A stretch of 64,000 nt of DNA from Acidimicrobiia bacterium (GTDB lineage: Bacteria; Actinomycetota; Acidimicrobiia; Acidimicrobiales; Poriferisodalaceae), in the NCBI GenBank assembly GCA_022824805.1, contig JAJDZE010000004.1, forward strand, positions 3,577 through 67,576, read 5' to 3'. The notes below the pieces were generated by a model, which was not told the origin of the DNA, made no database searches, and was given only the letters and a program-made list of their open reading frames with translations. Both the position numbers and the translations under genes were made by a program. Each line of letters starts with the position of its first letter. Within the stretch, counting starts at the first letter, position 1. Below are positions 18,343 through 27,930 of the stretch, piece by piece.

Positions 18343-20798
18343 TGCGTACCCCTCGATTGCTCCACCATGGCCTGGCTGGTTTCCCACAGCATGGCCCCGT
18401 TTGCGGGGTCCGCGGCGCTCTCGGACACCTGCTTGCGGTGCATCAGGTGCAGGTAGAGCCCGGTGGAACTGCCGGCCTCGGGCGCGCAGCACAACCAGAC
18501 GACGGGCTCGACGGCTTCTTCGGGCGACCGGAACAGCCGTCGAAGCAGCGGGTCGACGACCGATCGGAGAGGCGCAGGCGCACCGCGGGTGATGTTCGTG
18601 GCGACGCCGCCCGGGCACAGTGCATGCACCGCCACCTCGACCCCGTCACCGTCGGGGCCGTCGCCGTCGAGGCCCTCCACGCCATCGCCATCGCCAACGC
18701 CAACGTCGCCTTCGCCGGGGCGATGCAGCCGACGCGACAGCTCCGTGGCGTAGGTGCACAGCACAAGCTTGCTCAAGCCGTAGTGCCGCATGCTGTCTTT
18801 CATGCCATAGGGGGCGAACTCGCCGAGGTGATCGAAATCGATGGCGGCACTGGATCGGTGGGCTTCCGAAGAGACGAACACGATCCGTGGCGGGTCACCC
18901 TCTGGAACTGCCGGAACAACGACACCGTCGGACAGCCAGCGGTCGATCATCACCCGGTTGGCCAGGAAATGGACGGCGAACATCTCGTCGTAGCCCTGCG
19001 CTGTCTGCCTCGCAGCGGGGGTCATGAGGCCCGCGTTCATCAGCGCGATGTCGACGCGGACGCCACGATCACGCAGTTCGTCGCAGCAGCGGTGCACCGA
19101 CCGGAGATCGGCAAGGTCGACCTCGACCAGCTCCACGGTCTCCGAACCGGATTCGCGCGTGATCTCCTCGCAGATGCCGTGATGGCCGGGGCGGCAGGCC
19201 AGGATCATGCGGCCGCCGCGCCGCGCGAGCTCTACAGCGGCTGCCCTGCCGAGGCCGCTGTTGGCCCCGGTCACCAGGCAGGTCTTGCCGTCGATCCTCA
19301 CGTCGTCGGGGACTGGCTCGATGTCTGGCGACTTGGGATTTCGGAGGTCACGGAAGGCGGTTGCGACAGCACCGATGAAGCCGGTGTCGCCTATAGCGCG
19401 TGCCGGCTGTTCGCCGACCCAAGGCGTCTCGGCAGAGCGAACCACGACGGCCTGCTCACCAGCCGCGTGCATCTTGCGCTCTGTCGAAGGTGGCGACGGG
19501 GGATCGGCGCTGGGCGACGGGTGCTGGTCGTCTTCGAACTGCACGGCAAAGGCGTCGCGGTATGCAGCGAACGTCTCGTCGATGTCGGGTCCCGTCAGCC
19601 CGAAGTCTTCGAGCCGGTAGTCGTGCTTGCCGAATCGGTTCTGAGGGTTCGCCGCCATGAACTGCGCGGCCGCCCGCTCGGCCGTCTCGTCGAAGCCGAT
19701 GCCGGCCGTCTCGCAGATCTGCCGAGCTTCGTTGATCGGATCGGCGATCAGGTCGTAGTACGACACATCGACAAATGAAGCACCGCCAGGCTCGTCGGCC
19801 GGCTGCCTCGCCTGAGCTTCGGCCCGAGCCTGCATGGCCCGCTCGACCATCCGGTGCGTCTTGTAGTGCCAGTGCCGCCCGATCTCGACAGCATCGACCG
19901 AATCGCTGAAGATGCCGTGGCCGTGGGCGACCATGCTGCAGAACGACGCCAACGTGACACGGGGGTCACGGTGGGCTTGGACCACGGTGGCGCCCCCGAA
20001 CACCCTGCAGAACGCGTCGAGGAACTCCAGGTGATGCGGCGTCTTGAGCACCCACGCGCCGGCAGGCCGCTGCCATGCCAGCACCTGCAGGACCCGGCGG
20101 AGGAACTCGTAGTTCTGGGTGTGGTCTTGTTCTTCCAGCCAGCGGGAATAGCTCGGCACCGTCATGGTGGCTTCGGCTGTCTGGCTCATGAAGTTCAGGT
20201 CGAGCAGCAGGACGTCCTCTTCGGCCTGGTCGTGGCCCACCGGATGGATCGCCTGAAAGTCGGGTGCCAGGTACGAGACGGTTCGCTGGGCGAGCATCGC
20301 ACGCCACCTGCGGGACCGCTCGGAGCGTTCTGCGGTCTCGCCCCTCGCCACCGGAACGAGCGCTTCGGCGCCGGTGATGCCCCGGATCTGCGGGTGCGAG
20401 CACAACAGCCGCTGCAACAGGGTTGTGCCGGCGCGCTGCAATCCGGTGATCAGGATGATCGTGCCCAGATCGATGTTCTCGATCTCGGGGTGCCGCGTCA
20501 CCAAATCCTGAATCCGCAAGCGCTGCACCAGCGCATCGGTGAGCCGTGATTTCTGGATCAGGCGGCCGGCCGCACTCAGGCGGGCTTCGGCGTTGATCGA
20601 GGTGACCAGCACCTCGAGAGCTTCGGCGTGACCGTCGTCGCCGAAGTCGCTGAGACCGGTCTTGCGCCGTGCGGCGCTGCGCAGTGCGCCGATCTCGAGA
20701 CGTTCTGACAGTCCAAAGTTCGCCCCGGCCCTGCCGAGCCGGTTGAAGGCTCGCACCCCCAGCGGCCGGTAGGGGTGCTCGTAGTCCGTGGAAGTCAC
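18339..20798 (-). CDS. Sulfotransferase (N-terminal) fused to a short-chain dehydrogenase/reductase (C-terminal)
   Basis: The N-terminal half has [19 protein letters not shown] (5'-PSB-like P-loop of sulfotransferases). The C-terminal half has [21 protein letters not shown] and YGLSKL (SDR). ATGA overlap with cysD. Confidence 0.8.
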   Translation of the reverse strand: MTSTDYEHPYRPLGVRAFNRLGRAGANFGLSERLEIGALRSAARRKTGLSDFGDDGHAEALEVLVTSINAEARLSAAGRLIQKSRLTDALVQRLRIQDLVTRHPEIENIDLGTIILITGLQRAGTTLLQRLLCSHPQIRGITGAEALVPVARGETAERSERSRRWRAMLAQRTVSYLAPDFQAIHPVGHDQAEEDVLLLDLNFMSQTAEATMTVPSYSRWLEEQDHTQNYEFLRRVLQVLAWQRPAGAWVLKTPHHLEFLDAFCRVFGGATVVQAHRDPRVTLASFCSMVAHGHGIFSDSVDAVEIGRHWHYKTHRMVERAMQARAEAQARQPADEPGGASFVDVSYYDLIADPINEARQICETAGIGFDETAERAAAQFMAANPQNRFGKHDYRLEDFGLTGPDIDETFAAYRDAFAVQFEDDQHPSPSADPPSPPSTERKMHAAGEQAVVVRSAETPWVGEQPARAIGDTGFIGAVATAFRDLRNPKSPDIEPVPDDVRIDGKTCLVTGANSGLGRAAAVELARRGGRMILACRPGHHGICEEITRESGSETVELVEVDLADLRSVHRCCDELRDRGVRVDIALMNAGLMTPAARQTAQGYDEMFAVHFLANRVMIDRWLSDGVVVPAVPEGDPPRIVFVSSEAHRSSAAIDFDHLGEFAPYGMKDSMRHYGLSKLVLCTYATELSRRLHRPGEGDVGVGDGDGVEGLDGDGPDGDGVEVAVHALCPGGVATNITRGAPAPLRSVVDPLLRRLFRSPEEAVEPVVWLCCAPEAGSSTGLYLHLMHRKQVSESAADPANGAMLWETSQAMVEQSRGTQ

Positions 20799-20897
20799 TT
20801 CGCCCCCTGAAGATCGCAGGGAGGCGTTGTGAGTGTGGATGAGCCGCGTCCGGCGGCAACGACACCTTCAAAACGGGCGAAGTCAGCGGACACGGGC

Positions 20898-22082
20898 CTA
20901 GCCCCGCAGGCTGGCGTGCTTGACCACCCGGCAGCTCGGCTGGGGATGCTCGGCGGCTCGAACCCAGCGGAAGCACATTGTTCCCGAAGAGTGGCCTGCG
21001 GTGTCGATCCAGTTCGGCAGGCCGGGATCGTCGTGAGCCACCACGATGCGCACCGAGCCGTCGGCTTCGTAGCTTGCGAGGTGGTTGTTGGTGTGGATGG
21101 TGAAGTGCCGGTAGTCCAGCGATTCCATCCAGTAGTTGTTGAGCTGGAAGTTCCAGAGCTCGCACTCCGGCGGCATGGCTTCGATCACCAATGCTTCGTC
21201 GGGCTCGAGCGCCCAGTGGCTGTGGTAGTACGCGATGTTGGGATCGCCGCCGGCAGCGAGCGAAACGTCCGGGTTGAACCGGGGCAGCTCGTTGGTGTGC
21301 TGCTGGAAGTCGCGCGCCCACTTCGCAAACAGCAACGGCGCCCCGATCACCAGCGAGCCGGCATTGCGGAGCCCCGCATCGAGCGCCGCAGCTGTCAGGT
21401 GCGAAGGACGGGCCTCGCTGGGGGCGCAGTTGACGCGCTCGATGGTGAGCTCGGCGGGAGTCTCCGTGTTCCGGTCGCCGAAGGTCTGGCGCACCACAAG
21501 AGCGCCGGTCTCGGGCGTCATCGGCAGCCAATTGCCGTCATGCCGGGTGCTGCTGAGGACCAGCTCGAAGCACCCGTCGGCGTCCATGTCGATGTCGTCA
21601 GACTCGATGTAGCCGGTCGGCGGCAGGCCGCCGCCTTGCCCATAGTGCCCCGCTTGGGTTCCGAAGCTCAGGTAGGCGATGTCGTTGCGGCGGCCTGTGA
21701 TCTTGTAGTCGAACGACCCGTCCAGCGTGGCCATGAGGTAGAAGTTGTCGGGGTTGTCTGCGCCCATCTTGGTGGTCTCGCCGACCACGCGGTGCAGTGT
21801 CGGGGCCTTGGGATCGGCGTGCTCGACGAAGGCCATCAGCCCCGCTCGGGCGATGCGGCTCAGGTACCGGTAGCCCTCGGCCTGGTTGAACGCATCCCTC
21901 GGCGCCCCGGGGAAATGCAGCGCAGCTCCGGCTGCCTTGAGCGAATCGCAGAACTCATCCCACGACTGCCCGGTCGTGATCCGCTGCTCGGCCATGTCGT
22001 CGGGCGACTTGCCCCGGAGTTTCCACACCCACCTCGAGATGCCCCGAATCGCAGCCAGCAGACCGATGACGATTCTTCGCAT
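20898..22082 (-). CDS. DUF1214-type protein (N-terminal membrane anchor)
   Basis: 394 aa; EGYRYLSRIARAGL...DNPDNFYL pattern as I recall for DUF1214 proteins. First gene of the sulfotransferase operon. Confidence 0.6.
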   Translation of the reverse strand: MRRIVIGLLAAIRGISRWVWKLRGKSPDDMAEQRITTGQSWDEFCDSLKAAGAALHFPGAPRDAFNQAEGYRYLSRIARAGLMAFVEHADPKAPTLHRVVGETTKMGADNPDNFYLMATLDGSFDYKITGRRNDIAYLSFGTQAGHYGQGGGLPPTGYIESDDIDMDADGCFELVLSSTRHDGNWLPMTPETGALVVRQTFGDRNTETPAELTIERVNCAPSEARPSHLTAAALDAGLRNAGSLVIGAPLLFAKWARDFQQHTNELPRFNPDVSLAAGGDPNIAYYHSHWALEPDEALVIEAMPPECELWNFQLNNYWMESLDYRHFTIHTNNHLASYEADGSVRIVVAHDDPGLPNWIDTAGHSSGTMCFRWVRAAEHPQPSCRVVKHASLRG

Positions 22083-22284
22083 GGCCTACATCTACTGACT
22101 CCGACGGCTCAGCGGCAACGGGCGCTGCTACTACGGCGCGGGCCGGAGGCGATGGGTGGCCATGGCCTCGCACAAGGGCCGGCTGCGCTCGTACATTTCC
22201 GCCAGGCGCGGGGTGGCCCACAGTGTCAGGAACATCGGCCCGCCGTTCGGCGGCACTCATGCTGACTCACGCCGGTCTCCCGTC

Positions 22285-22824
22285 TCACGATGTTCCGGCC
22301 CGCTTACGGGCGCGATGGACCAGCACCTCAGCACCCTTCGGCGTTCCGTCGTGCCAGGCGCCGAGCAGCTCGTCCAGCGGCGACTCGTAGCCCCCGTAGT
22401 TGCATTCGATGAACCGGTGGTGGATCTGGTGGTGGAAATCGCCCAGCTCGAACCGCGCTTGGCGGCCGGCCCGCGGCCCCAGCAGCAGGGCGTCTCCTTG
22501 GCGACGCACGACGTAGAACCAGACATGCAGCCCGCCGGCGACCAGCGTCACCAAGATCAGATTGCGAAGCCAGATCCCGAAGATCCAGCTGAACTCGAAG
22601 CTCTCCGTGCGTTCGAGCGACGGCATGAACCACGCCCAGACGGCGAACGAGACGGCCAGCATGAAGAACCGCGACCGCAGCGGCAGCCATGTGCGCCCGA
22701 TGTGCCTTGCGATGGGGCTCGGCCGCAGGGGCCAGTGCAGGAATGGCGCTGAGCGCAACGGCAGTTCAGGCGTGTAGTTCCACGCTGCCCGCCCGCCTTC
22801 GGGCGACGATGACATCAAGGGCAT
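22285..22824 (-). pseudogene. Fatty-acid hydroxylase/sterol desaturase family remnant (only the last His box retained)
   Basis: Ends with DFHHQIHHRFIECNYGGYESPLDELLGAWHDG (third His box plus the NYG motif). Only about 90 aa of TM region precede it and the HxxxH and first HxxHH boxes are absent. There is no room for them between the neighbouring genes. Confidence 0.5.
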
Positions 22825-22955
22825 CGCATCACCCCCGAGCAGCCCCACGCTGCTGCCGTCAGGCCTGTCAGCCTGCTGCCCACACCAGTGTATGTTCGAA
22901 AATGAGGTGGCAGAACGCAATATCACCGCCATTTCACCGCCCGAAACGGGACAGC

Positions 22956-23384
22956 ATGAGCAATCTGCAGTTCAACGAGCACGGGGCCGAGATCACGCGC
23001 CGGCGAATCTTCGGCTGGGACGAACTCGACACGACGCGCTGGGATGCCGACCAAGTGGAGGCGCAGATTCTGACCGGCGAGCACATGCACCTGATCCGGG
23101 CGATGTACGAGCCGGGCGCCACCTATGAGATGCACAGCCATCCCCACGAGCAGTTCAGCCTGCTGCTGGCGGGTCGCATGCTGCTGACGGTGGGTGAGGA
23201 GACCCGCGAGATCGGGCCGGGTGATGGCTGGTACGCGCCAGGCGGTGTTCCCCACGGTGGTGAAGTCCTCGGTGACGAACCGGCCGTGTTCATCGATGTC
23301 TATGCGCCGGCAACCACCTGGATCCTGGACGTGTTCGCCCAGGGCCGGTGTATTGAGGGCGATCGGGCGCAGCCCGCTGGGTGA
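22956..23384 (+). CDS. Cupin domain protein
   Basis: ATG at 22956. YEMHSHPHEQFSLLLAGRMLLTVGEE...GDGWYAPGGVPHG is a cupin two-motif pattern. Confidence 0.75.
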   Translation: MSNLQFNEHGAEITRRRIFGWDELDTTRWDADQVEAQILTGEHMHLIRAMYEPGATYEMHSHPHEQFSLLLAGRMLLTVGEETREIGPGDGWYAPGGVPHGGEVLGDEPAVFIDVYAPATTWILDVFAQGRCIEGDRAQPAG

Positions 23385-23516
23385 TTCGGTGGCTCGACGA
23401 CAATCAGTCGGCGAAAGTCCGAAAAGCTAAGGGGATGGGCGAGCAGACGACGCTCGGATTGTGCTGGTCGAGGCAGTTGACTGGTGGGCCGCCGCCCACG
23501 ACAGGAGCGTGACCCG

Positions 23517-23939
23517 ATGGAGGTCGTCAACGAAGTGGTGCCCACGAGCCCCGAGCGCATCGACGAGATGATGCAGCCCGGGCCTGACGGGCCGATCTAC
23601 ATGGTCAACCTGCTGAAGTTCAAGGACAAGGCCGAGTATGAGGACGGCCGCGAGACCGATCTGACCGGCTTCGAGGCGTACCAGCTGTACGGCCGGGCGG
23701 TGTCGAGGATCATCCGCGACTACGGCGGCGAGATCCAGTTCGCAGCGAACGTGACGTTCCTGTCGCTCGGCCAGGTCGAGGAATTGTGGGACGAGATCGC
23801 CATCGCCAAGTACCCGAACCGGGGAGCGCTGCTGGCGATGTCGTCGTCACCGGAATGGCGCGAGGCAGCGGTGCATCGCACGGCCGGGCTGGCCGGTCAG
23901 TTGAACATCGAGACGGTCGCCCAGTTCGTCCGCGAGTGA
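23517..23939 (+). CDS. DUF1330 domain protein
   Basis: GPIYMVNLLKFK...IAIAKYPNRGALLAMSSSPEWREAAVHRTAGL; paralogue of 12192..12605. Confidence 0.8.
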   Translation: MEVVNEVVPTSPERIDEMMQPGPDGPIYMVNLLKFKDKAEYEDGRETDLTGFEAYQLYGRAVSRIIRDYGGEIQFAANVTFLSLGQVEELWDEIAIAKYPNRGALLAMSSSPEWREAAVHRTAGLAGQLNIETVAQFVRE

Positions 23940-24027
23940 GCCCGAGGCGGCTCGGCTGCACAGACTCTTGCTGGCCGGCCATGCGCTGACTTGCCTCCGG
24001 CAGGCACGGCGAATTTAGAGTGGTCAT

Positions 24028-26175
24028 GTGACGGCGGCGACCGCTCGATCCGACTTGGCAATCGACGGCATGACGTGCGCAGCGTGCGCGAGCCGGATCC
24101 AGCACCGGCTCGACGAGCTGGACGCCGTGGCGGCGGCGCAGGTGAACTTCGCCACCGGGCGGGCTTCAGTCACCCACGACGGGTCGCTCGACGAAGCCTT
24201 CGTCGCGGCGGAGATCGCAGCGCTGGGCTACGCGGTCATCGAAGAAGGCGAAAGCGAGGCGGCCGAGCGGCGCCGCCAGGCCGACCTGCTGGCCCGGCTG
24301 GTCACCGGCGCAGTGCTGACGGTGCCGTCAGTGCTGATCTCGATGATCCCGGCGCTGCAGTTCAGCGGCTGGGAATGGCTGGTCGCCGTGCTGGCGGCCG
24401 TGGTGGTCGTGGGAGCGGGCTGGCCGTTCCATCGAGCCGCAGCGGTCAACCTGCGACACGGCGCCACCACCATGGACACGCTCGCGTCGATGGGGTCGAT
24501 TGCGGCGCTGGCGTGGTCGCTGACGGTGTCGATCACCGGCATCGGCGACGGCCACGTGTACTTCGAGACCGGCGCCGTGATCGTCACGCTGATCCTGCTG
24601 GGCAAGTGGCTGGAGCTGCGGGCCAAGCGCCGCTCGGGCGACGCCATCCGGGCGCTGGCAGATCTGGGCGTGAGGACCGCCCGCTTGGTCGATGGCCGCG
24701 AGATCGCGCTTGACGATCTGGCAGTCGGCATGCGGTTCGTGGTGCGGCCCGGTGAGCGTATCGCCACCGACGGCGTGATCACCGACGGCCGCTCGGCAGT
24801 CGATGCGTCGATGGTGACCGGCGAGCCGGTGCCGACCGAGGTCGGGCCCGGCGACGAGGTGATCGGTGCCACGATCAACGCCAACGGAGCGCTCGTCGTG
24901 GAGGCGACCAAGGTGGGCGCAGACACGGCGCTGGCGCAGATCATCCGTTTGGTTGACGAAGCCCAAGGCAGCCGCGCAGAAGTGCAGCGGCTCGCCGACC
25001 GGGTGTCGGCGGTGTTCGTGCCCATTGCCATCGTCATCGGGATCCTCACGCTGGCGGCGTGGTTGTTGCTCGGCAACGAGGCCAGTGCGGCATTCAGTGC
25101 GGCGGTGGCGGTGCTGATCATCGCTTGCCCGTGTGCTCTGGGGCTGGCGACGCCGCTCGGGATCATGGTGGGGACCGGTCGGGGCGCCCAGCTCGGCGTG
25201 ATCATCAAGGGGGGCGAGGTGCTCGAGGACACTCGCTCGGTGGACGTGGTGCTGGTGGACAAGACCGGCACGATCACCGAGGGCGCCATGACGCTCGCCG
25301 ATGTCCAGGCGGGACAGCTTCCGGCCGCCGAGCGCGACGAGGTGCACCGGCTTGCAGCATCGGCTGAGGCCCTGTCGTCGCATCCGATCGCTGAAGCCAT
25401 CGCGGGCTCGGTCGATGAGCTGGCCGGCGTGGACGAGTTCGAGACTGCGCCGGGCTCGGGCGTGACCGCAACGGTCGACGGGGTCGAGGTAAGGGTGGGC
25501 CGGCGCAGCCTCTTCGACGCTGTGCCGGCCGACGTGGCGGCACTGGCTGCCGATGCTGAGGCCACCGGGGCCACGGCTGTGCTTGCTGGCCGCGATGGCA
25601 CCGCGGAGATCGTTCTGGTAGTTGCCGATCGCATCAGGCCGACCTCGGCGGAGGCGATAGCGGCGCTTCGAGACCAGGGTCTGGCGGTGACGCTGCTCAC
25701 CGGCGACAACGAGCGCACTGCACGGACGGTCGCCGCCGAAGCCGGCATCGAGTCGGTGATCGCCGAGGTCTATCCCGACGACAAGGCCGCCGCCGTGCAG
25801 CGTCTTCAGGCCGCCGGCAAGCGAGTGGCGATGGTGGGAGATGGCATCAACGATGCTCCCGCGCTGGCGCAGGCCGACCTGGGCATTGCCGTCGGCACCG
25901 GTACGGATGTGGCCATCGAGGCGTCCGACCTCACCGTCGTGAGCGGCGATCTGCGGGCTGTTGCGGATGCCATCGCGCTGTCACGTCGCACCCTGTCGAC
26001 GATCAAGGGAAACCTGTTCTGGGCCTTCGCCTACAACGCCGCCGCGATCCCGCTCGCGGCGCTCGGCATCCTGAATCCCATGATTGCTGCGGGTGCGATG
26101 GGTGTCTCGTCGCTGTTCGTGGTGACGAACAGCCTCCGCCTGCGGCGATTCACAGGCTGCCGCCAGACTGTCTGA
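24028..26175 (+). CDS. copA: Copper-translocating P1B-type ATPase
   Basis: N-terminal [15 protein letters not shown], transmembrane [10 protein letters not shown], phosphorylation site DKTGTIT, hinge [10 protein letters not shown]. Confidence 0.9.
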   Translation: MTAATARSDLAIDGMTCAACASRIQHRLDELDAVAAAQVNFATGRASVTHDGSLDEAFVAAEIAALGYAVIEEGESEAAERRRQADLLARLVTGAVLTVPSVLISMIPALQFSGWEWLVAVLAAVVVVGAGWPFHRAAAVNLRHGATTMDTLASMGSIAALAWSLTVSITGIGDGHVYFETGAVIVTLILLGKWLELRAKRRSGDAIRALADLGVRTARLVDGREIALDDLAVGMRFVVRPGERIATDGVITDGRSAVDASMVTGEPVPTEVGPGDEVIGATINANGALVVEATKVGADTALAQIIRLVDEAQGSRAEVQRLADRVSAVFVPIAIVIGILTLAAWLLLGNEASAAFSAAVAVLIIACPCALGLATPLGIMVGTGRGAQLGVIIKGGEVLEDTRSVDVVLVDKTGTITEGAMTLADVQAGQLPAAERDEVHRLAASAEALSSHPIAEAIAGSVDELAGVDEFETAPGSGVTATVDGVEVRVGRRSLFDAVPADVAALAADAEATGATAVLAGRDGTAEIVLVVADRIRPTSAEAIAALRDQGLAVTLLTGDNERTARTVAAEAGIESVIAEVYPDDKAAAVQRLQAAGKRVAMVGDGINDAPALAQADLGIAVGTGTDVAIEASDLTVVSGDLRAVADAIALSRRTLSTIKGNLFWAFAYNAAAIPLAALGILNPMIAAGAMGVSSLFVVTNSLRLRRFTGCRQTV

Positions 26176-26179
26176 CTGA

Positions 26180-27094
26180 GTGAGCGGCGACACGTGGACA
26201 GCTGAGGACATTCCCGATCAGTCGGGCCGGGTCGCGGTGGTGACCGGGGCCAACTCGGGGAACGGATTCGAAACGGCGCGGGTGCTTGCCGGCCGCGGTG
26301 CGCTGGTGGTGCTGGCGGTCCGCGACCTCGCCAAGGGCGCTGCAGCCGCCGACGCCATACGCGCCGAGCATCCCGGCGCTGAACTGGCGCTGCAGGAGGC
26401 GGACCTGGCATCGCTCGAATCGGTGCGGGAAGCGGCTGCGGCCATCGCAGACCGGTACGAGCGCATCGACCTGCTCGTCAACAATGCGGGGGTCTTCCAC
26501 ACGCCTCGACGAGAGACCTCCGACGGGTTCGAGATCCGCTTCGGCACCAATCACCTCGGACACTTCGCATGGACTGGCCTGCTGCTGGATCGCCTGCTGC
26601 CTGTCGCCGGCTCGCGAGTCGTCTCCGTGAGCAGCAACGCCCACCGGTATCGCGCTCGGATCGACTTCGAACGCTTCGGGGCGGCCCAAGGTCGCAGCCA
26701 GTCGGCCGCCTACGGTCGTTCAAAGCTGGCGAACCTGCTGTTCACCCACGAACTGCAGCGCCGGTTGGCCGCAGCCGAGGCGGAGACCATCGCATTGGCG
26801 GCCCATCCCGGATGGGCCGAAACGGAGATCCTGCGCGACTTCCCGCTCATCGGGCTGATGCGGCCGCTGATCCGTCCGCTGCAGCACAGCGCGGCCGGCG
26901 GGGCTTTGGCCACCCTGCGGGCTGCGACCGATCCGGCCGCTGCCGGGGGCGAGTTCTACGGCCCCGACGGACTGTGGGAGATGCGAGGCCATCCGGTGCT
27001 GGTGGGATCCAGCGACCGCTCACGCGATCCAGAGCTGCAGCGGCAGACGTGGGAGGCGTCAGAACAGGTCACCGGGATCAGCTTCGAGGTGTGA
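26180..27094 (+). CDS. SDR family oxidoreductase (retinol dehydrogenase-like)
   Basis: VVTGANSGNGFETA, NNAG, YGRSKLAN. Confidence 0.85.
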   Translation: MSGDTWTAEDIPDQSGRVAVVTGANSGNGFETARVLAGRGALVVLAVRDLAKGAAAADAIRAEHPGAELALQEADLASLESVREAAAAIADRYERIDLLVNNAGVFHTPRRETSDGFEIRFGTNHLGHFAWTGLLLDRLLPVAGSRVVSVSSNAHRYRARIDFERFGAAQGRSQSAAYGRSKLANLLFTHELQRRLAAAEAETIALAAHPGWAETEILRDFPLIGLMRPLIRPLQHSAAGGALATLRAATDPAAAGGEFYGPDGLWEMRGHPVLVGSSDRSRDPELQRQTWEASEQVTGISFEV

Positions 27095-27105
27095 CCCGCT
27101 GCGTT

Positions 27106-27345
27106 CTATGCGGGTGATCCCACCAATGCGAAGCCCTCGTCGAGCCAGCCGATAGCGCCGCCGATCATCTTCTTGACTGGCCGGCCCAGTCGGGCGAGCC
27201 GGACAGCCGCCTTGTCTGCCGCGTTGCAGTGCGGTCCGGCGCAGTACACGACATGCTGCCGGCCCAGGAGGTCCTCGAACGCAGTCGCGTGGGAGCGGCG
27301 TGGGTACGATCTCGCCGGACTTCTTCCCGTCAGGAGAGCACTCAT
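27106..27345 (-). pseudogene. Rhodanese-domain fragment (C-terminal half only)
   Basis: VVYCAGPHCNAADKAAVRLARLGRPVKKMIGGAIGWLDEGFAL is the active-site-loop half of a rhodanese domain. The N-terminal half is missing. Its only ATG (27345-27343) overlaps the divergent SRPBCC ATG (27344-27346). Confidence 0.45.
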
Positions 27346-27787
27346 GGTCGAGACCACCGCCAGCACCAGCATCGATATTGCCGCTAGCCCCGAGGCCGTG
27401 TACGGGATCCTGACCGATCTGTCCCGGGTCAGCGAGATCAGCCCCGAGTGCTACCGGTCCGAATGGGAAGACGGCGCGACCGGTCCCGAGGTCGGGGCGA
27501 AGTTCCGTGGCTACAACCAGGCCGGCGACATGAAGTGGGATGCCGGCTGCGTCGTCGTGGCTGCCGAGCCCGGCCGGGAATGGGCATTCGAGGTGCCTGC
27601 CCCAGACGGACGCAAGACGCTCTGGCGCTACGAGATCGAGGCAACCGGCGATGGCTGCCGGGTCACCGAGAGCTTCGACTCGCCGATCCTCGACCAGGAG
27701 TTCTTCCAGAAGATGAACCGCCACAGCCTGCTGGCCAACAACATCGCCCAGTCGCTGCAGAATCTCAAGGCTGTCGCCGAGGCCTGA
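27344..27787 (+). CDS. SRPBCC family protein
   Basis: MVETTASTSIDIAASPEAVYGILTDLSRVSEISPE... is a typical SRPBCC/polyketide-cyclase-like N-terminus. Confidence 0.75.
   Translation: MVETTASTSIDIAASPEAVYGILTDLSRVSEISPECYRSEWEDGATGPEVGAKFRGYNQAGDMKWDAGCVVVAAEPGREWAFEVPAPDGRKTLWRYEIEATGDGCRVTESFDSPILDQEFFQKMNRHSLLANNIAQSLQNLKAVAEA
27728..27787 (+). repeat. Direct repeat copy A (functional 3' end of the SRPBCC gene)
   Basis: 60 nt encoding LLANNIAQSLQNLKAVAEA*; 52/60 identical to 30107-30166. Confidence 0.8.
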
Positions 27788-27930
27788 GGGGCGTCAGGCT
27801 CTCGGCCTGCTCACATCGAGCCAGAGAGGCGCTCACGGCATCGATGTGCTCATGCAATCGCCGCTGTTCAGAGGGTTGATGCAGTGGTCGTCGCGGCGTA
27901 CGTGTCACAGGGTCTACGTACGGTGGACAC

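Noticed and set aside
18343-18618. 92-codon N-terminal extension of the cysD ORF.
   Set aside because: It overlaps the 3' end of the sulfotransferase-SDR gene. The CysD homology starts at MSATLPAE (18342), with an ATGA coupling.
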